A program made the translations under genes and the position numbers. A DNA stretch of 64,000 bases from Planctomycetota bacterium (GTDB lineage Bacteria; Planctomycetota; SZUA-567; H5-PLA8). Each line of letters begins with the position of its first letter. The stretch's first letter is position 1. Positions 9,136 to 18,850 of this stretch are shown piece after piece. The notes beneath the pieces are model-generated. The model was not told the DNA's origin and made no database searches. It saw only the letters and a program-made list of their open reading frames with translations. The stretch is taken from contig JACQFI010000048.1 in NCBI GenBank assembly GCA_016200135.1, forward strand, positions 5,151-69,150. Direction: 5' to 3'.

Positions 9136-11106
9136 TCAATAACCAGTAATCTGATCGACGAACCCTTCGCCTTGGCCTTCCAGGCGCCCCGAACGCTTGC
9201 GGCCGTTGAGCAGATCCTTGCCGAGGATGATGCCGGCCAATTCGAGCCGCGCGAGTTCCCAGTCCCCCGGATTGTTGTTGGGATACGGGAACTCGACGGC
9301 CTTGTACGCATTGTTCGGATCGGTCTTGTACGGAACCATCTCCGCGAGCAATGCCTTCACCTTGTCCGCGTCCTTGGCCTTGGCGAGCTTGAGGTACTCG
9401 GCGTCGTAGCTGCCGCGGCGGAAAAGCTTCATGCGCAGGCTCGCAAGAGGTTCGGCAAAGCCCAGGTCCTTGCCGCTGTAGCAGACGCTATCGCCGCCGC
9501 TCTGATCTTTGCCTCCCGCGATCGGGTCCATGCCCACTTTCCAGGCACAGAATCCGGTCAGGCCCATGTCGAACCAGGTCCAGTAACTCGAACGCACCAC
9601 CGCCGCGTTGCCGGAGATCTGTCCGCCGCCGCCATAGATGAAGGCCTCCTTGGTCGGGCCCTTGGCGAGAAGCTTAGGAATACGGTGCCGGTTGCCGTAC
9701 GCGTGCACGGCGCCCAGATACCAGTCGTCGATCCACGGTTCGAGCATGCCCTCGCCGTCGTCCGGTTCCCACTCCTTGGGCTTGAAGCACTGGCACTTGG
9801 GATCGCGGCAGTTCCAGTGGCCGATATCGATGCGGTAGCGGAACTTCACGCCCTTGTCGTTGTCGCGCATGTTCTCGTCGGTGAGCTTGGCAAACCACTG
9901 GAGCACGGCGAAACCGAACTTGTTGTAGGGTTCGTCGAGCCGCCACGGGCTGTTGGCGTTCTCCTGGTTCGAGTGGTTCAGGAAGACCTGGAAGCCGGTC
10001 TTCTTCCAGCCCTTCTCCGCGAAGTGCTCGACATACTGCTTCGCCACGGTCTTGAAGGTCTCTTCGTATTCGGGCACGAGCGAGGCTTTGTAGTCCTTGG
10101 GGTTCTTGCGGAAGTTGATGCGTTTGTCGGCCATCTTCTCGTCGTGCGAGTATCCGTACGGCCAATGGAGATTGAACGGGAGGTAAAAGAAAGGCGGCGG
10201 CTGCTTGTCGTCGAAGATCTCGCCCGAAAGCACCGCGCCAAAGCGATCGTCCCAGTTCTTCCAATCGCATTTCGTATCTTTCCCGTCGCCGTGCAGGGCC
10301 GGGGTGTAGTACGGCGCGCCGCGTTGCGAATGGCAGGGCATGATGTTCAGGTACATGCGGTGCTGGTTGAAGAGCCGGTAGCATTCGTGCTCCGCCTCGA
10401 TGGTCTCCTTGGGCGTGGGCGCGTACGGATTCTTCTGATCCTTCACGCCCATGTCGGCGACGGGCGAACCGTACGCGTTCACGTCGAAGACGATGCTCGG
10501 CTGCGCGGGAATCTCGAAGTTCCAGACGGTCAGTTCGAGTTTGATCTCCGCCGCCGCGCCGCCGGAGACCTTCACGCTTCCCGTGTAATGCCCCGGCTTG
10601 GCGCTAGAGGGGATGGCGACCTCGACCAGCGCGAGGCCCACCTTTTGATCGGACGGGGCCAGCAGGCCTTTTGCCGCGTACGGCACGTCAAAGCTCCCGC
10701 CGAGTTTGCTCAGCGGGACGCACACGTCGGCGAAGACGCCGTTGCCGTCGTTCTTGCCGGTCTGGACGAAGCCGATCAGGTAGACACTCGCGCGCGCCGC
10801 CGGTATGGGCTCGCCGCTCTCGGCCTTCAGGTCGCTAACGGATACGGCGACCGCCTTGGCGGGGCCGTCCACGATGACTTGGAATGCGACGGTCTCGTTC
10901 TTTGCGCCGGCCAGGGATACGGAAGCCTTGGCCTTCGAGAAGATGGCGTTGGCCTCGGCGAGTTTTCCAGCGGGCTTGCCGCCGAACTCGATCACCGAGC
11001 CGTCGGGCTTGAATTTGTACGTGTCCGGCGCGCAGAAGACATCCGCGCCCAAGCCTGCGCGTACCAAACAGGCGGCCAGCAGAAGTGCGCTCAAACGGAT
11101 GTGCAT
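9136..11106 (-). CDS. Secreted DUF4091 / GH123-like glycoside hydrolase
   Basis: GAKNETVAFQV, PGHYTGSV, LTVWNF, SLRMKLFRRGSYDAEY motifs. Confidence 0.75.
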   Translation of the reverse strand: MHIRLSALLLAACLVRAGLGADVFCAPDTYKFKPDGSVIEFGGKPAGKLAEANAIFSKAKASVSLAGAKNETVAFQVIVDGPAKAVAVSVSDLKAESGEPIPAARASVYLIGFVQTGKNDGNGVFADVCVPLSKLGGSFDVPYAAKGLLAPSDQKVGLALVEVAIPSSAKPGHYTGSVKVSGGAAAEIKLELTVWNFEIPAQPSIVFDVNAYGSPVADMGVKDQKNPYAPTPKETIEAEHECYRLFNQHRMYLNIMPCHSQRGAPYYTPALHGDGKDTKCDWKNWDDRFGAVLSGEIFDDKQPPPFFYLPFNLHWPYGYSHDEKMADKRINFRKNPKDYKASLVPEYEETFKTVAKQYVEHFAEKGWKKTGFQVFLNHSNQENANSPWRLDEPYNKFGFAVLQWFAKLTDENMRDNDKGVKFRYRIDIGHWNCRDPKCQCFKPKEWEPDDGEGMLEPWIDDWYLGAVHAYGNRHRIPKLLAKGPTKEAFIYGGGGQISGNAAVVRSSYWTWFDMGLTGFCAWKVGMDPIAGGKDQSGGDSVCYSGKDLGFAEPLASLRMKLFRRGSYDAEYLKLAKAKDADKVKALLAEMVPYKTDPNNAYKAVEFPYPNNNPGDWELARLELAGIILGKDLLNGRKRSGRLEGQGEGFVDQITGY

Positions 11107-11139
11107 GACCCAAGCTCCTTTTTCGGTCGCGCGGAACGG

Positions 11140-11847
11140 CTAGAGCGCCGTGACGCGCAGGCTCGTGTAGAAATCGTCGGCGTATCCGCCGAAGTTGCGG
11201 AAGGCCATGCGCCCGCCGCGCAGCGGCTCGGGGTAATACTTGTACTGGCCCTCGTCGCGGACATCGTGAACGAGGGCGCCGTTCAGCCAGAAACGAAGGC
11301 GGTCATTCTCGCGCTCCAGCATGTAGGGATGCGGCGTGCCTTTGTCGGTTGGAACCAAAAGTTCCTTCTGCGAACTCAGCGTCGTCTCTTTTTCGATGCT
11401 CTCCGTGTACGGCCCGCCCCAGGTCATCTGGCCCCATTCCTGGGGCACGCGCCCGCCGATCTTGCGGAGCACCGAGGGCCGCCCGTAGACCGCGCGGTGG
11501 AAGCCGACCGTGTGGCAGACGATCTTGCCGTACGAGGCCAGATCGCAATACCGGGCGTCGGGGCGCGCATCTTCAAAAAGATCGGAAAGGCCAAGGGGCC
11601 GGGCGTTGAAGATCAGCATCGTGTTGCCGTCGGCGGCCTCGCTGCGAAAGGTCCACTCGATCCGAAAGTTATCGGGCAGGTCGAGGTCTTTGAGCCAGAC
11701 CGTGGTCGCGCGGCGGCCGGGGCCACAATGAAACGTGCGCAGATGCAGGTCGCCATCGCCGGCAATCAGCACTTCGCCGTTGCCTTCGAGTTTCCAATCG
11801 CTCGTCCGACGCACGGCGTCCCATTCGTAGAGAGGCTTCCCGCTCAC
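11140..11847 (-). CDS. YesU/DUF1961 family protein
   Basis: DWKLEG, TVWL, LRKI, GGRMAFRN motifs. Confidence 0.7.
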   Translation of the reverse strand: MSGKPLYEWDAVRRTSDWKLEGNGEVLIAGDGDLHLRTFHCGPGRRATTVWLKDLDLPDNFRIEWTFRSEAADGNTMLIFNARPLGLSDLFEDARPDARYCDLASYGKIVCHTVGFHRAVYGRPSVLRKIGGRVPQEWGQMTWGGPYTESIEKETTLSSQKELLVPTDKGTPHPYMLERENDRLRFWLNGALVHDVRDEGQYKYYPEPLRGGRMAFRNFGGYADDFYTSLRVTAL

Positions 11848-13085
11848 GAATGCCCTTTCTCTATCTCTGCAGCCGGATGGCCTGCCGCGGCACGGTATTC
11901 GTAGATCGCCGGCCGCGGCCCGATAACGCGCACGCTTGCGCCCGCGACCTGGACCGGCGGAATCACGAACACGGTGCCCAGACCGGACGATTCCTGGCCG
12001 GCGTACGGCTTAAGGCGGCGGCGGACTTGCGCTCCCGCCGCGAGCCCCAGCGCGCGGGCATCCAATTGAGTGCCGCTCCAGGCTGCGCCGGCGGACTGCG
12101 CGTCGCCCATGATCACCACACTCATGATTTCGGGAATCCGGAAGCGGTCCTTAAGCCACTGCGCGCCGTTCCGGTCTGTGGCCGCCGAAGTGACGCCGCT
12201 CTTCTCAAATGCGTTCAAAAGAGCGCGCTCTTCTTCGAGATTACCGGGGAGTCTTGCCGCGCTGTAACTCGCGGCGGCCTCGAGGCCTGCCTGGGCCAGC
12301 GCATATTCGAAACCGGCCTTGCGCCTGAGCGTATCCGGTTCGGGAATGCGGATGCGTCCCGAAGGATCGCCTGGATGCGCGCCGCGGTCGTGCCCGACGA
12401 AGGCGATGCGGGTGTGGCCAGCTTCCAGCAGGATGCGCGCGCACAGGTAACCATCGCGGAAGGAGTCGAAGACCACGCCGTCGAACGCTACGGAAGTCGG
12501 CGCCGCGTCGAGCGCGACCACCGGACATCCCGTCGCGCCGAGCGCGCCCAGGTATTCCTCGTTTTGAATGCCGACGGTCAGGTAGAGGTCCGCATCGGCC
12601 GCGAGAATCTCTTCGATCGCCGGACCGAAGCGCAGGGCGGGAGTGGCCTTTTCACGCGCGAAGTAGGTCAGCTTTGCGGTGTTGGGACCGATCTCTTCGA
12701 GCGCGGCCGCGAGCATCGTCTCGTACAGCCCGGGCTCCGAGAGTTTCCGGAGCGGCTTGGGGTAGATCACGGCGATCTCAGGCGGAGCGACGTCGTTCAC
12801 GAAGATGCCGCGGCCGTGCTCGCTGCGCAGCAGCCCTTCGCGCAGCAGGTCGCCCACAGCCTGCGTAGCGGTAACCTGATTGATCTTGAGCGTGCTGCAG
12901 AGCTGCCGCTGAGGAAGCAGCGCGTCGCCGGGCTTCAGGCGGCCGTCCACAATGGAGCGCCGGATGCCTTCGCGCACCTGAATGAAGAGCGGTTCAGCGT
13001 CGGCGCCGCGCTTCAAGCGCAGGGCTCCATACCAGTCCTTGGAGGAGCCTGGCGCATTGCGCCCGGCGGTTCCCGGCTTACGCAT
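11844..13085 (-). CDS. GntR-family regulator with LacI-type periplasmic-binding-like C-terminal domain
   Basis: wHTH PLFIQVREGIRRSIVDGRLKPGDALL...GRGIFV; GHTRIAFVG; start uncertain. Confidence 0.85.
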   Translation of the reverse strand: MRKPGTAGRNAPGSSKDWYGALRLKRGADAEPLFIQVREGIRRSIVDGRLKPGDALLPQRQLCSTLKINQVTATQAVGDLLREGLLRSEHGRGIFVNDVAPPEIAVIYPKPLRKLSEPGLYETMLAAALEEIGPNTAKLTYFAREKATPALRFGPAIEEILAADADLYLTVGIQNEEYLGALGATGCPVVALDAAPTSVAFDGVVFDSFRDGYLCARILLEAGHTRIAFVGHDRGAHPGDPSGRIRIPEPDTLRRKAGFEYALAQAGLEAAASYSAARLPGNLEEERALLNAFEKSGVTSAATDRNGAQWLKDRFRIPEIMSVVIMGDAQSAGAAWSGTQLDARALGLAAGAQVRRRLKPYAGQESSGLGTVFVIPPVQVAGASVRVIGPRPAIYEYRAAAGHPAAEIEKGHS

Positions 13086-13166
13086 GCGCCGTAGTGTACT
13101 AGTGCACGATTCCATATGCAAGAGATACACCGCGAAAAACTCCGGCGCATGGAAAACCAATTAAAA

Positions 13167-14108
13167 TCAGAGGATGCTGGCCCCGAAGGCGGACTCGAGC
13201 AGATCCACGGCGAGTTTCGCGGTTGCGTTGGCGCGGTCCAGGACGGGATTCACTTCCACCAGTTCGCATGAGACCATGCGTCCGGTATCGGCCACCAGTT
13301 CCATGATGAGGTGGGCCTCGCGGACGGTCAAGCCGCCGGGCACGGGCGTGCCGACGCCCGGTGCGTAACTGGGATCGAGGCTGTCGATGTCGAACGAAAG
13401 GTGGAAACCATCGCCGCCCCCTTCCCCACCCGTCAGGGTCTGCAGCGCTTCCTGCATCATCGCGTAGACGCCATGCTCGTCGATCTCCCGCATGGTGATC
13501 GCGCGCAGGCCCAGTTTGCGAATGTTCGCGCGTTCGCCGGGGTCGAGATCGCGCACGCCGAAGAGGACGGTGCGCTTGGGATCGATCATGGGCGCATGCC
13601 CGGCCAGCGTGGTGAGCAGGCGGTTGCCGGTCCCCAAAGCCACCGCCAGCGGCATGCCGTGTATGTTCCCGCTTGGCGTGGTGCGTGCGGTGTTGCAGTC
13701 GCCGTGGGCATCGACCCAGAGCAGCCCGAAGCGTTTGCGGCGTTTCTGGGCGAACTTTGCAAGCCCGGCCAACGTGCCAATGGCCACCGAATGGTCACCC
13801 CCGAGCACAAGCGGGCGCGCACCTTGCCCGAGGGCGGCGGCGACGGCCGAGGAGAGCGTGCGGCAGGCGCGGCGGATGGGATGCAGGTATTTCAAGCGCG
13901 GCGAACCCTTGCCGGCGACGCTCGCGTGCGGCACGTCCACGTTGCCCAGGTCCTTCACGCGCAGCCCTAAGTGCCCCAGGCGGTCATGAAGTCCCGCAAT
14001 GCGTATGGCGGAGGGACCCATATCGACGCCGCGCAGGCTCGAGCCGAGGTCCATGGGCACGCCCAGGACCGCAACGCCAGATGTCCGATTGGAGGATTTG
14101 CGCGGCAT
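13167..14108 (-). CDS. rocF: Arginase
   Basis: GGDHSVA, WVDAHGD, SGNIHGMP, SFDIDSLDP, ELVEVNP motifs. Confidence 0.93.
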   Translation of the reverse strand: MPRKSSNRTSGVAVLGVPMDLGSSLRGVDMGPSAIRIAGLHDRLGHLGLRVKDLGNVDVPHASVAGKGSPRLKYLHPIRRACRTLSSAVAAALGQGARPLVLGGDHSVAIGTLAGLAKFAQKRRKRFGLLWVDAHGDCNTARTTPSGNIHGMPLAVALGTGNRLLTTLAGHAPMIDPKRTVLFGVRDLDPGERANIRKLGLRAITMREIDEHGVYAMMQEALQTLTGGEGGGDGFHLSFDIDSLDPSYAPGVGTPVPGGLTVREAHLIMELVADTGRMVSCELVEVNPVLDRANATAKLAVDLLESAFGASIL

Positions 14109-14278
14109 GTGCTCTCCCGGCCTCGGCTGCGTGCTGGGATCGTAGGCCCAGCCCGTGATCGCACAAGGGGAAGAACGCCGGACGCCGCCTGCCCATCTTG
14201 ACAAGTTTCAGCCTTGCGCATACTTATATGTTCAAAGCGCCGTATGGTCGGCCTTTGGTTACACCCCCGAGGTCGTGC

Positions 14279-15679
14279 ATGCCGACCCTCGAAGATATCC
14301 GCCTAGGTCAACTCGCCGTCGCACAGGGTCTCGCGCAGCCTCTTGAAATCGAAGAATGCCTCGCCGAGCAGCATCGCAACGAACAGAGCGGCAACTACGA
14401 ACAACTCGGCGAGATCCTGATCGGGCACGGGTATCTCACGCGCACGCAGCTTGAACGGCTGCTCTCCATGCAGCGCGAGGCGCTGCAGAAAGTCACGCGC
14501 ATCGGTTCGTACGAACTGATCCGCAAGCTCGGCGAAGGCGGCATGGGCGCGGTGTACCAGGCGAAGGACACGCGCAACAACGAGGTCGTCGCGCTGAAAG
14601 TGCTTCCGCGCTCGCGCGCCCGCGACGGCACGTTCCTGCGGCGCTTCGAGGCCGAGGCGCGCGCCGCGTTCGAGCTCGACCATCCCAACATCGTCAGCGG
14701 GCTCGATTTCGCCCACGCCGACGGCTACTACTTTCTGGTCATGGAGTACGTCGAGGGCCAGGACGTCTACGGGTTGCTCGAACAGAAAGGCCGCTTCAAC
14801 GAGAAGGAAGCGACGAAGATCCTCGAACAGATCGCCTCGGCGCTCGACCACATCCACGGCGAGCGCCTGGTCCACCGCGACATCAAGCCCGAGAATATTC
14901 TGGTCACCGCCGAAGGCATCGCCAAGCTAGCCGACATGGGCTTGGCCGTGGATAAAGACGCGCAAGGCCGCCGCCGCATCACCAAGGCCGGCATCGCAAT
15001 GGGCACGCCGTTTTACCTGTCGCCGGAACAGATTCAGGGCAAGACCGAGATCGACATCCGCTCGGACATCTACTCGCTGGGCACCACGGTGTACGAGATG
15101 GTCACTGGACGGCCGCCGTTCGACGGCGAGACCGCCGCGGTGGTGATGATGAAACACCTCAACGAGCAGGTGCCCAGCCCGCACGACATCGACCGCGGGA
15201 TCTCGATCGGCTTCTGCCACGTGCTCGAAAAAATGATGGCCAAGGATCCGGCGGAGCGCTACCAGACGCCCGCCGACCTGCTCGTCGATCTCAAACTGCT
15301 CAGCGAAGGCAAAGCGCCCGAGAGCGTGCGCCCGGCGCAGGGGCGGTCGAGCCTGGCGCGGCCGGCGGGCGCGCACGGCGAACACGGTTCGCGCGCCGGA
15401 GGCAGCGCGCGCTCGGAGCCGCGAATCGTAAACGAGAATCTGGAGAAGCTCGACGAGATGCTCGCGACGCCCAGTTCGACGCCGGGGAGCACCTCGCGGA
15501 TCGGCGCCGCGCGCAAGAACCCGGGGCAGAGCAACGTCATGCGGGCGCGGAGCGCGGTGCACGCGCCGGTCTCGGCAAGCCTGAGCGTGAAGTGGGCGAT
15601 TCTGGTGGGCATCGTGGTGATCGCCATCGCGACGATCTCTTCGCTGATCGTCAGCGTATTCAGCTCCACGAATCATTAA
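14279..15679 (+). CDS. Membrane-anchored Hanks-type Ser/Thr kinase with N-terminal MshEN-like repeats
   Basis: GEGGMG, VALK, HRDIKPEN, DMG, GTPFYLSPEQ; C-terminal TM helix. Confidence 0.93.
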   Translation: MPTLEDIRLGQLAVAQGLAQPLEIEECLAEQHRNEQSGNYEQLGEILIGHGYLTRTQLERLLSMQREALQKVTRIGSYELIRKLGEGGMGAVYQAKDTRNNEVVALKVLPRSRARDGTFLRRFEAEARAAFELDHPNIVSGLDFAHADGYYFLVMEYVEGQDVYGLLEQKGRFNEKEATKILEQIASALDHIHGERLVHRDIKPENILVTAEGIAKLADMGLAVDKDAQGRRRITKAGIAMGTPFYLSPEQIQGKTEIDIRSDIYSLGTTVYEMVTGRPPFDGETAAVVMMKHLNEQVPSPHDIDRGISIGFCHVLEKMMAKDPAERYQTPADLLVDLKLLSEGKAPESVRPAQGRSSLARPAGAHGEHGSRAGGSARSEPRIVNENLEKLDEMLATPSSTPGSTSRIGAARKNPGQSNVMRARSAVHAPVSASLSVKWAILVGIVVIAIATISSLIVSVFSSTNH

Positions 15680-15738
15680 GCACGCCGTGACCGGAACGGC
15701 CCTCGGCGGTTTAAGCACTCGTGGCATAATGAACGCGG

Positions 15739-16344
15739 ATGCCGGATGAACGCCTGAAAACGTTTGGCGACGAGCAGCTCATGAAAGAGCTGGCCGCGGG
15801 CAACCACGAGGCCTTCGAGGAACTCCTGCGCCGCTACGAGACTCAAGTCATTACCTTCTGTTATGCCTTCATGCGCAACCGCGATTCCGCCGAAGACCTG
15901 GCGCAGGAGACGTTTCTGCGCGTCTTCCGCAACGCCGCCCGCTACATGCCCGTGGCCAAGTTCACGACCTGGCTCTACAAAATCGCCACTAACCTCTGCA
16001 TCAACGAGTCGAAGAAAGGCCAGATCCGCCACAGCCGCTCGCTCGACGAGCCGGCGGGCTCGGACCCGGACGGCACGCGCATTATAGAGCGCCTCGCGAA
16101 CAAGGGCGACGCGCCACTCACCGAGGCCGAAAAGCACGAGGCGCAGACCCTGATCGAGCGCGCCATCGCGCACCTGCCCGACGACCAGCGGACCACCCTC
16201 GTGATGGTCGAGTACCACCACATGCCGTATCAGGAGATCGCCGAGATTCTGGGTGTCACGGTGAGCGCCATCAAAATGCGCGTGAAACGCGCGCGCGAGA
16301 CGCTGCGCGAAACGCTTAAGATCCTGCAGGCAGAGAGCAAGTGA
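15739..16344 (+). CDS. ECF RNA polymerase sigma factor
   Basis: AEDLAQETFLRV, FTTWLYKIATN, YQEIAEILG...RARETL. Confidence 0.93.
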   Translation: MPDERLKTFGDEQLMKELAAGNHEAFEELLRRYETQVITFCYAFMRNRDSAEDLAQETFLRVFRNAARYMPVAKFTTWLYKIATNLCINESKKGQIRHSRSLDEPAGSDPDGTRIIERLANKGDAPLTEAEKHEAQTLIERAIAHLPDDQRTTLVMVEYHHMPYQEIAEILGVTVSAIKMRVKRARETLRETLKILQAESK

Positions 16345-16393
16345 CCCGGGCGATTCCCGGGCGGTTCAAAAGAGCGGCGGCGGAAGACCGGCT

Positions 16394-16834
16394 ATGAGCG
16401 AACCATCCATCACGAGATCGGCCCCCAAGGAGATCACCTGCGAGCAGTGCAGGGATTTACTCTCCGAATACGTCGATCACGAGTTGTCGGACCAGGAGAA
16501 GGTGGACGTCGAGCACCACGTCGCCACCTGCATCAAGTGCGCCAGCGAATCCACGCGCCTCGTCGGCATCAAGAACATCGTCCAGAACTGGGAAGGGGTA
16601 AAGGGTTCGAGCAAGTTCCGCGAGGCCGTGCTGGAGCAGTATATCAGCGAGTCGCGGATGATGGCGTCCAAGCCCTTTACCGATGCCGCGGCGGCTGCGC
16701 GCGCGGAGTCCCAGCGCCAGCAGGAGCAGGAAACCGGCAAGCCCCCAGCGGCCTCGACGGCATTCTGGATTGCCGTGGTGGTCGCGCTGATTGCCACAGT
16801 GGCTTTGGTGGCGTTCTTGTTTGCGGGCGAGTGA
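16394..16834 (+). CDS. zf-HC2 zinc-binding anti-sigma factor
   Basis: CEQCRDLLSEYVD...HVATCIKC; C-terminal TM helix; follows the ECF gene. Confidence 0.85.
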   Translation: MSEPSITRSAPKEITCEQCRDLLSEYVDHELSDQEKVDVEHHVATCIKCASESTRLVGIKNIVQNWEGVKGSSKFREAVLEQYISESRMMASKPFTDAAAAARAESQRQQEQETGKPPAASTAFWIAVVVALIATVALVAFLFAGE

Positions 16835-16840
16835 TGCGCG

Positions 16841-17542
16841 CTACTCGCTCAAACTATGCGCCATGCGCTCCGCGCCGCTCTCGTGCTCGTCCCCGCTCTT
16901 TCCGGACGGCACTGCTTTAAGCGCGTGCACTTCCTTACCGGGCAGATACGCAATACCCGCGGCCTTCGCGGCCTGCAGAATGAGGATCACGTTCACGACG
17001 GAGCGCGCCCCTACGCCCTCGGCGGCCTGTAGATTTACAACGGACTTGGGCGCCTGCTTGACCAGATCCTTAAGCAGCGCCGCATCGCAGGCCAGCTTCT
17101 TGCCTTCGTTCTCGGTTTGAAGCGCCTCGCCTTTGCCCGGCAGAAGCGGCAAGTCGAGCACTTCGCCGTTCTCCGAATCGCTGCCGGGCAGATTCAGTTC
17201 CAGCGCCGCCTCGCCGGCCTGCACGCGCACCTTGCCGATGCCCGCCGCAAAGGAAGCGAGCAGGATCTTCTGCAATGCGCTCCAGGGCGCTTTTTCGCCG
17301 GCTTCGATGACCAGCGCCGCGTCTTTGGATTTAGGCGCATCGCCCGCGGCCGCGCGGAGCGCCTTGCCGAGCTTCGCCGGGTCTTTTTCCTTGGAGAGCT
17401 TGAACGTCTTGCCGTTGAGTTCGAGTTCGTCGGCGCCCAGGACGGCCTTGGCCTCTTCAGACGACCGAGCCGCGGCGGCCCAAAGGAGGAGAGCCGCCGC
17501 GGCCGCGGCGTACGCCAGGTTTGCCGACCCGGCTTTCATCAA
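16841..17542 (-). CDS. Secreted protein with ExbD/TolR-like periplasmic domains
   Basis: Signal peptide; LVIEAGEKAPWSALQKIL...AGIGKV and a second similar segment. Confidence 0.55.
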   Translation of the reverse strand: MMKAGSANLAYAAAAAALLLWAAAARSSEEAKAVLGADELELNGKTFKLSKEKDPAKLGKALRAAAGDAPKSKDAALVIEAGEKAPWSALQKILLASFAAGIGKVRVQAGEAALELNLPGSDSENGEVLDLPLLPGKGEALQTENEGKKLACDAALLKDLVKQAPKSVVNLQAAEGVGARSVVNVILILQAAKAAGIAYLPGKEVHALKAVPSGKSGDEHESGAERMAHSLSE

Positions 17543-18609
17543 AACTCCCAGCCGAAGATCAGCAAGCTCTTGAAGCGCGCCGAGCCCTTCGTCAAGCCCA
17601 CCAGCGGCGCGAAGTCCACGTGCATCTGCTTGAGCGGGCGAAACTGGATGCTCGGGCCCACGAGTATCTCGGGCTTTCCAGACCGGCTCCGGTCAAACTT
17701 GTTGTTCTCGTACGCCAGCTTGGTCTCGAAGCCGATCGAGACCTTCTCGTCCAGCACGGTGTAGCTGATGCCATTGGTCCACTCGTAGGTAGTCACGTGA
17801 TCGCCGCCCAGTTCCGTCTCGGAGACCAGGTTCGTGGCCCAATGCCAGCGCGGCGCGGCTTCACCTGAGAAGAGCAGCTTGGACTCGAAGTGGTCCGGCT
17901 GGCCGTCGTTCTGAATGTACTCAAGGTAGATCGTCGGGTTGCCGGGAATCTTGTTCCAGTCCGCCCACGCCCAGCGCAATTCCACCTTCTGCTGGTCCCA
18001 CTTCAAAGACTTGTCCAGGCCCACGTGCCCGGTCTCGTGCGAGACGCCGTACAGGTCCAGTTGGAAGCGGTACGGGAGGCCGATCTCGACCTCGTATTGC
18101 GTCTCGACCTCGGTGTCGCCGTGGCGCGGCACTTCGATGATGTACCAGTTCTCGGCCTGGAGCGTGCCTTCCGGGGCGACGTACGCGCGGGTCTCTAGGA
18201 AGCGGCGGCGGGTGGTCCAGCGCGGCTGGCCGTAGGAACCGACGCGGTCTTCTTCGCGCAGTTCGCCATTGCTGTTGCCCGTCACCGTGATGGGCGGCAG
18301 TTCCCACGAACGTAGGTGCTCGCCTTCCTTCTTTGGCGGAGGCGCAGAGGGGGTAGGACCATGTCTGTCCGGAGTTTGCGTGGCCTTCTCGGCGGGACTC
18401 TGGCCAATCGGCGCTGTCTTCTTGAGGGTGGAGATGGTCTTCTCCTGTTCCTCAATCTTTTTGCTTTGCGCCTCAATCGTCTTCGCCATGGCCTGCAACT
18501 GATCCTGAAATGCCTTCATTTGGGCTTGAACATTTTCCTCCGCGTAAGACGAAATCATTACCGCCGTCAACGAAAACAGAAAACCAGCCAGCAGTCCGCT
18601 TGGACGCAT
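17539..18609 (-). CDS. Putative outer-membrane beta-barrel protein
   Basis: Signal peptide, coiled coil, amphipathic strands, terminal Phe (IFGWEF); RBS GGAGG 8 nt before ATG 18609. Confidence 0.75.
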   Translation of the reverse strand: MRPSGLLAGFLFSLTAVMISSYAEENVQAQMKAFQDQLQAMAKTIEAQSKKIEEQEKTISTLKKTAPIGQSPAEKATQTPDRHGPTPSAPPPKKEGEHLRSWELPPITVTGNSNGELREEDRVGSYGQPRWTTRRRFLETRAYVAPEGTLQAENWYIIEVPRHGDTEVETQYEVEIGLPYRFQLDLYGVSHETGHVGLDKSLKWDQQKVELRWAWADWNKIPGNPTIYLEYIQNDGQPDHFESKLLFSGEAAPRWHWATNLVSETELGGDHVTTYEWTNGISYTVLDEKVSIGFETKLAYENNKFDRSRSGKPEILVGPSIQFRPLKQMHVDFAPLVGLTKGSARFKSLLIFGWEF

Positions 18610-18646
18610 TGCTTGCACCTCCCTAACGTTGTGTGTCCAAAGTTAG

Positions 18647-18662
18647 GCAAGAGCAATGCCAA
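18647..18662 (-). promoter_or_regulatory. sigma54 (-24/-12) promoter
   Basis: TTGGCATTGCTCTTGC on the minus strand with exact GG-N10-GC spacing, ~40 bp upstream of the start; AT-rich tract upstream. Confidence 0.7.
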
Positions 18663-18850
18663 CGCGGACCTCATCCCATTCAATAACACAAATTAACCTT
18701 AACCTTAAAACTTATATTAAGTTATGGGATTCCAACCCAGTACAACTCAAGTTGATCGCGCTTCCCGAAACGCAATACAATGCAGAGTTTGTACATGGGC
18801 TGGACATCCTTCGAACATTCAAACGCGCTGAGTGCTTTCCTAAAATGACC

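Noticed and set aside
9172-11904. 910-aa ORF on the + strand, and similar long antisense ORFs (6313-7983, 29269-30750, 35774-37162, 41276-42703, 48258-49691)
   Set aside because: Shadow ORFs opposite well-supported genes, expected from high GC3; no motifs
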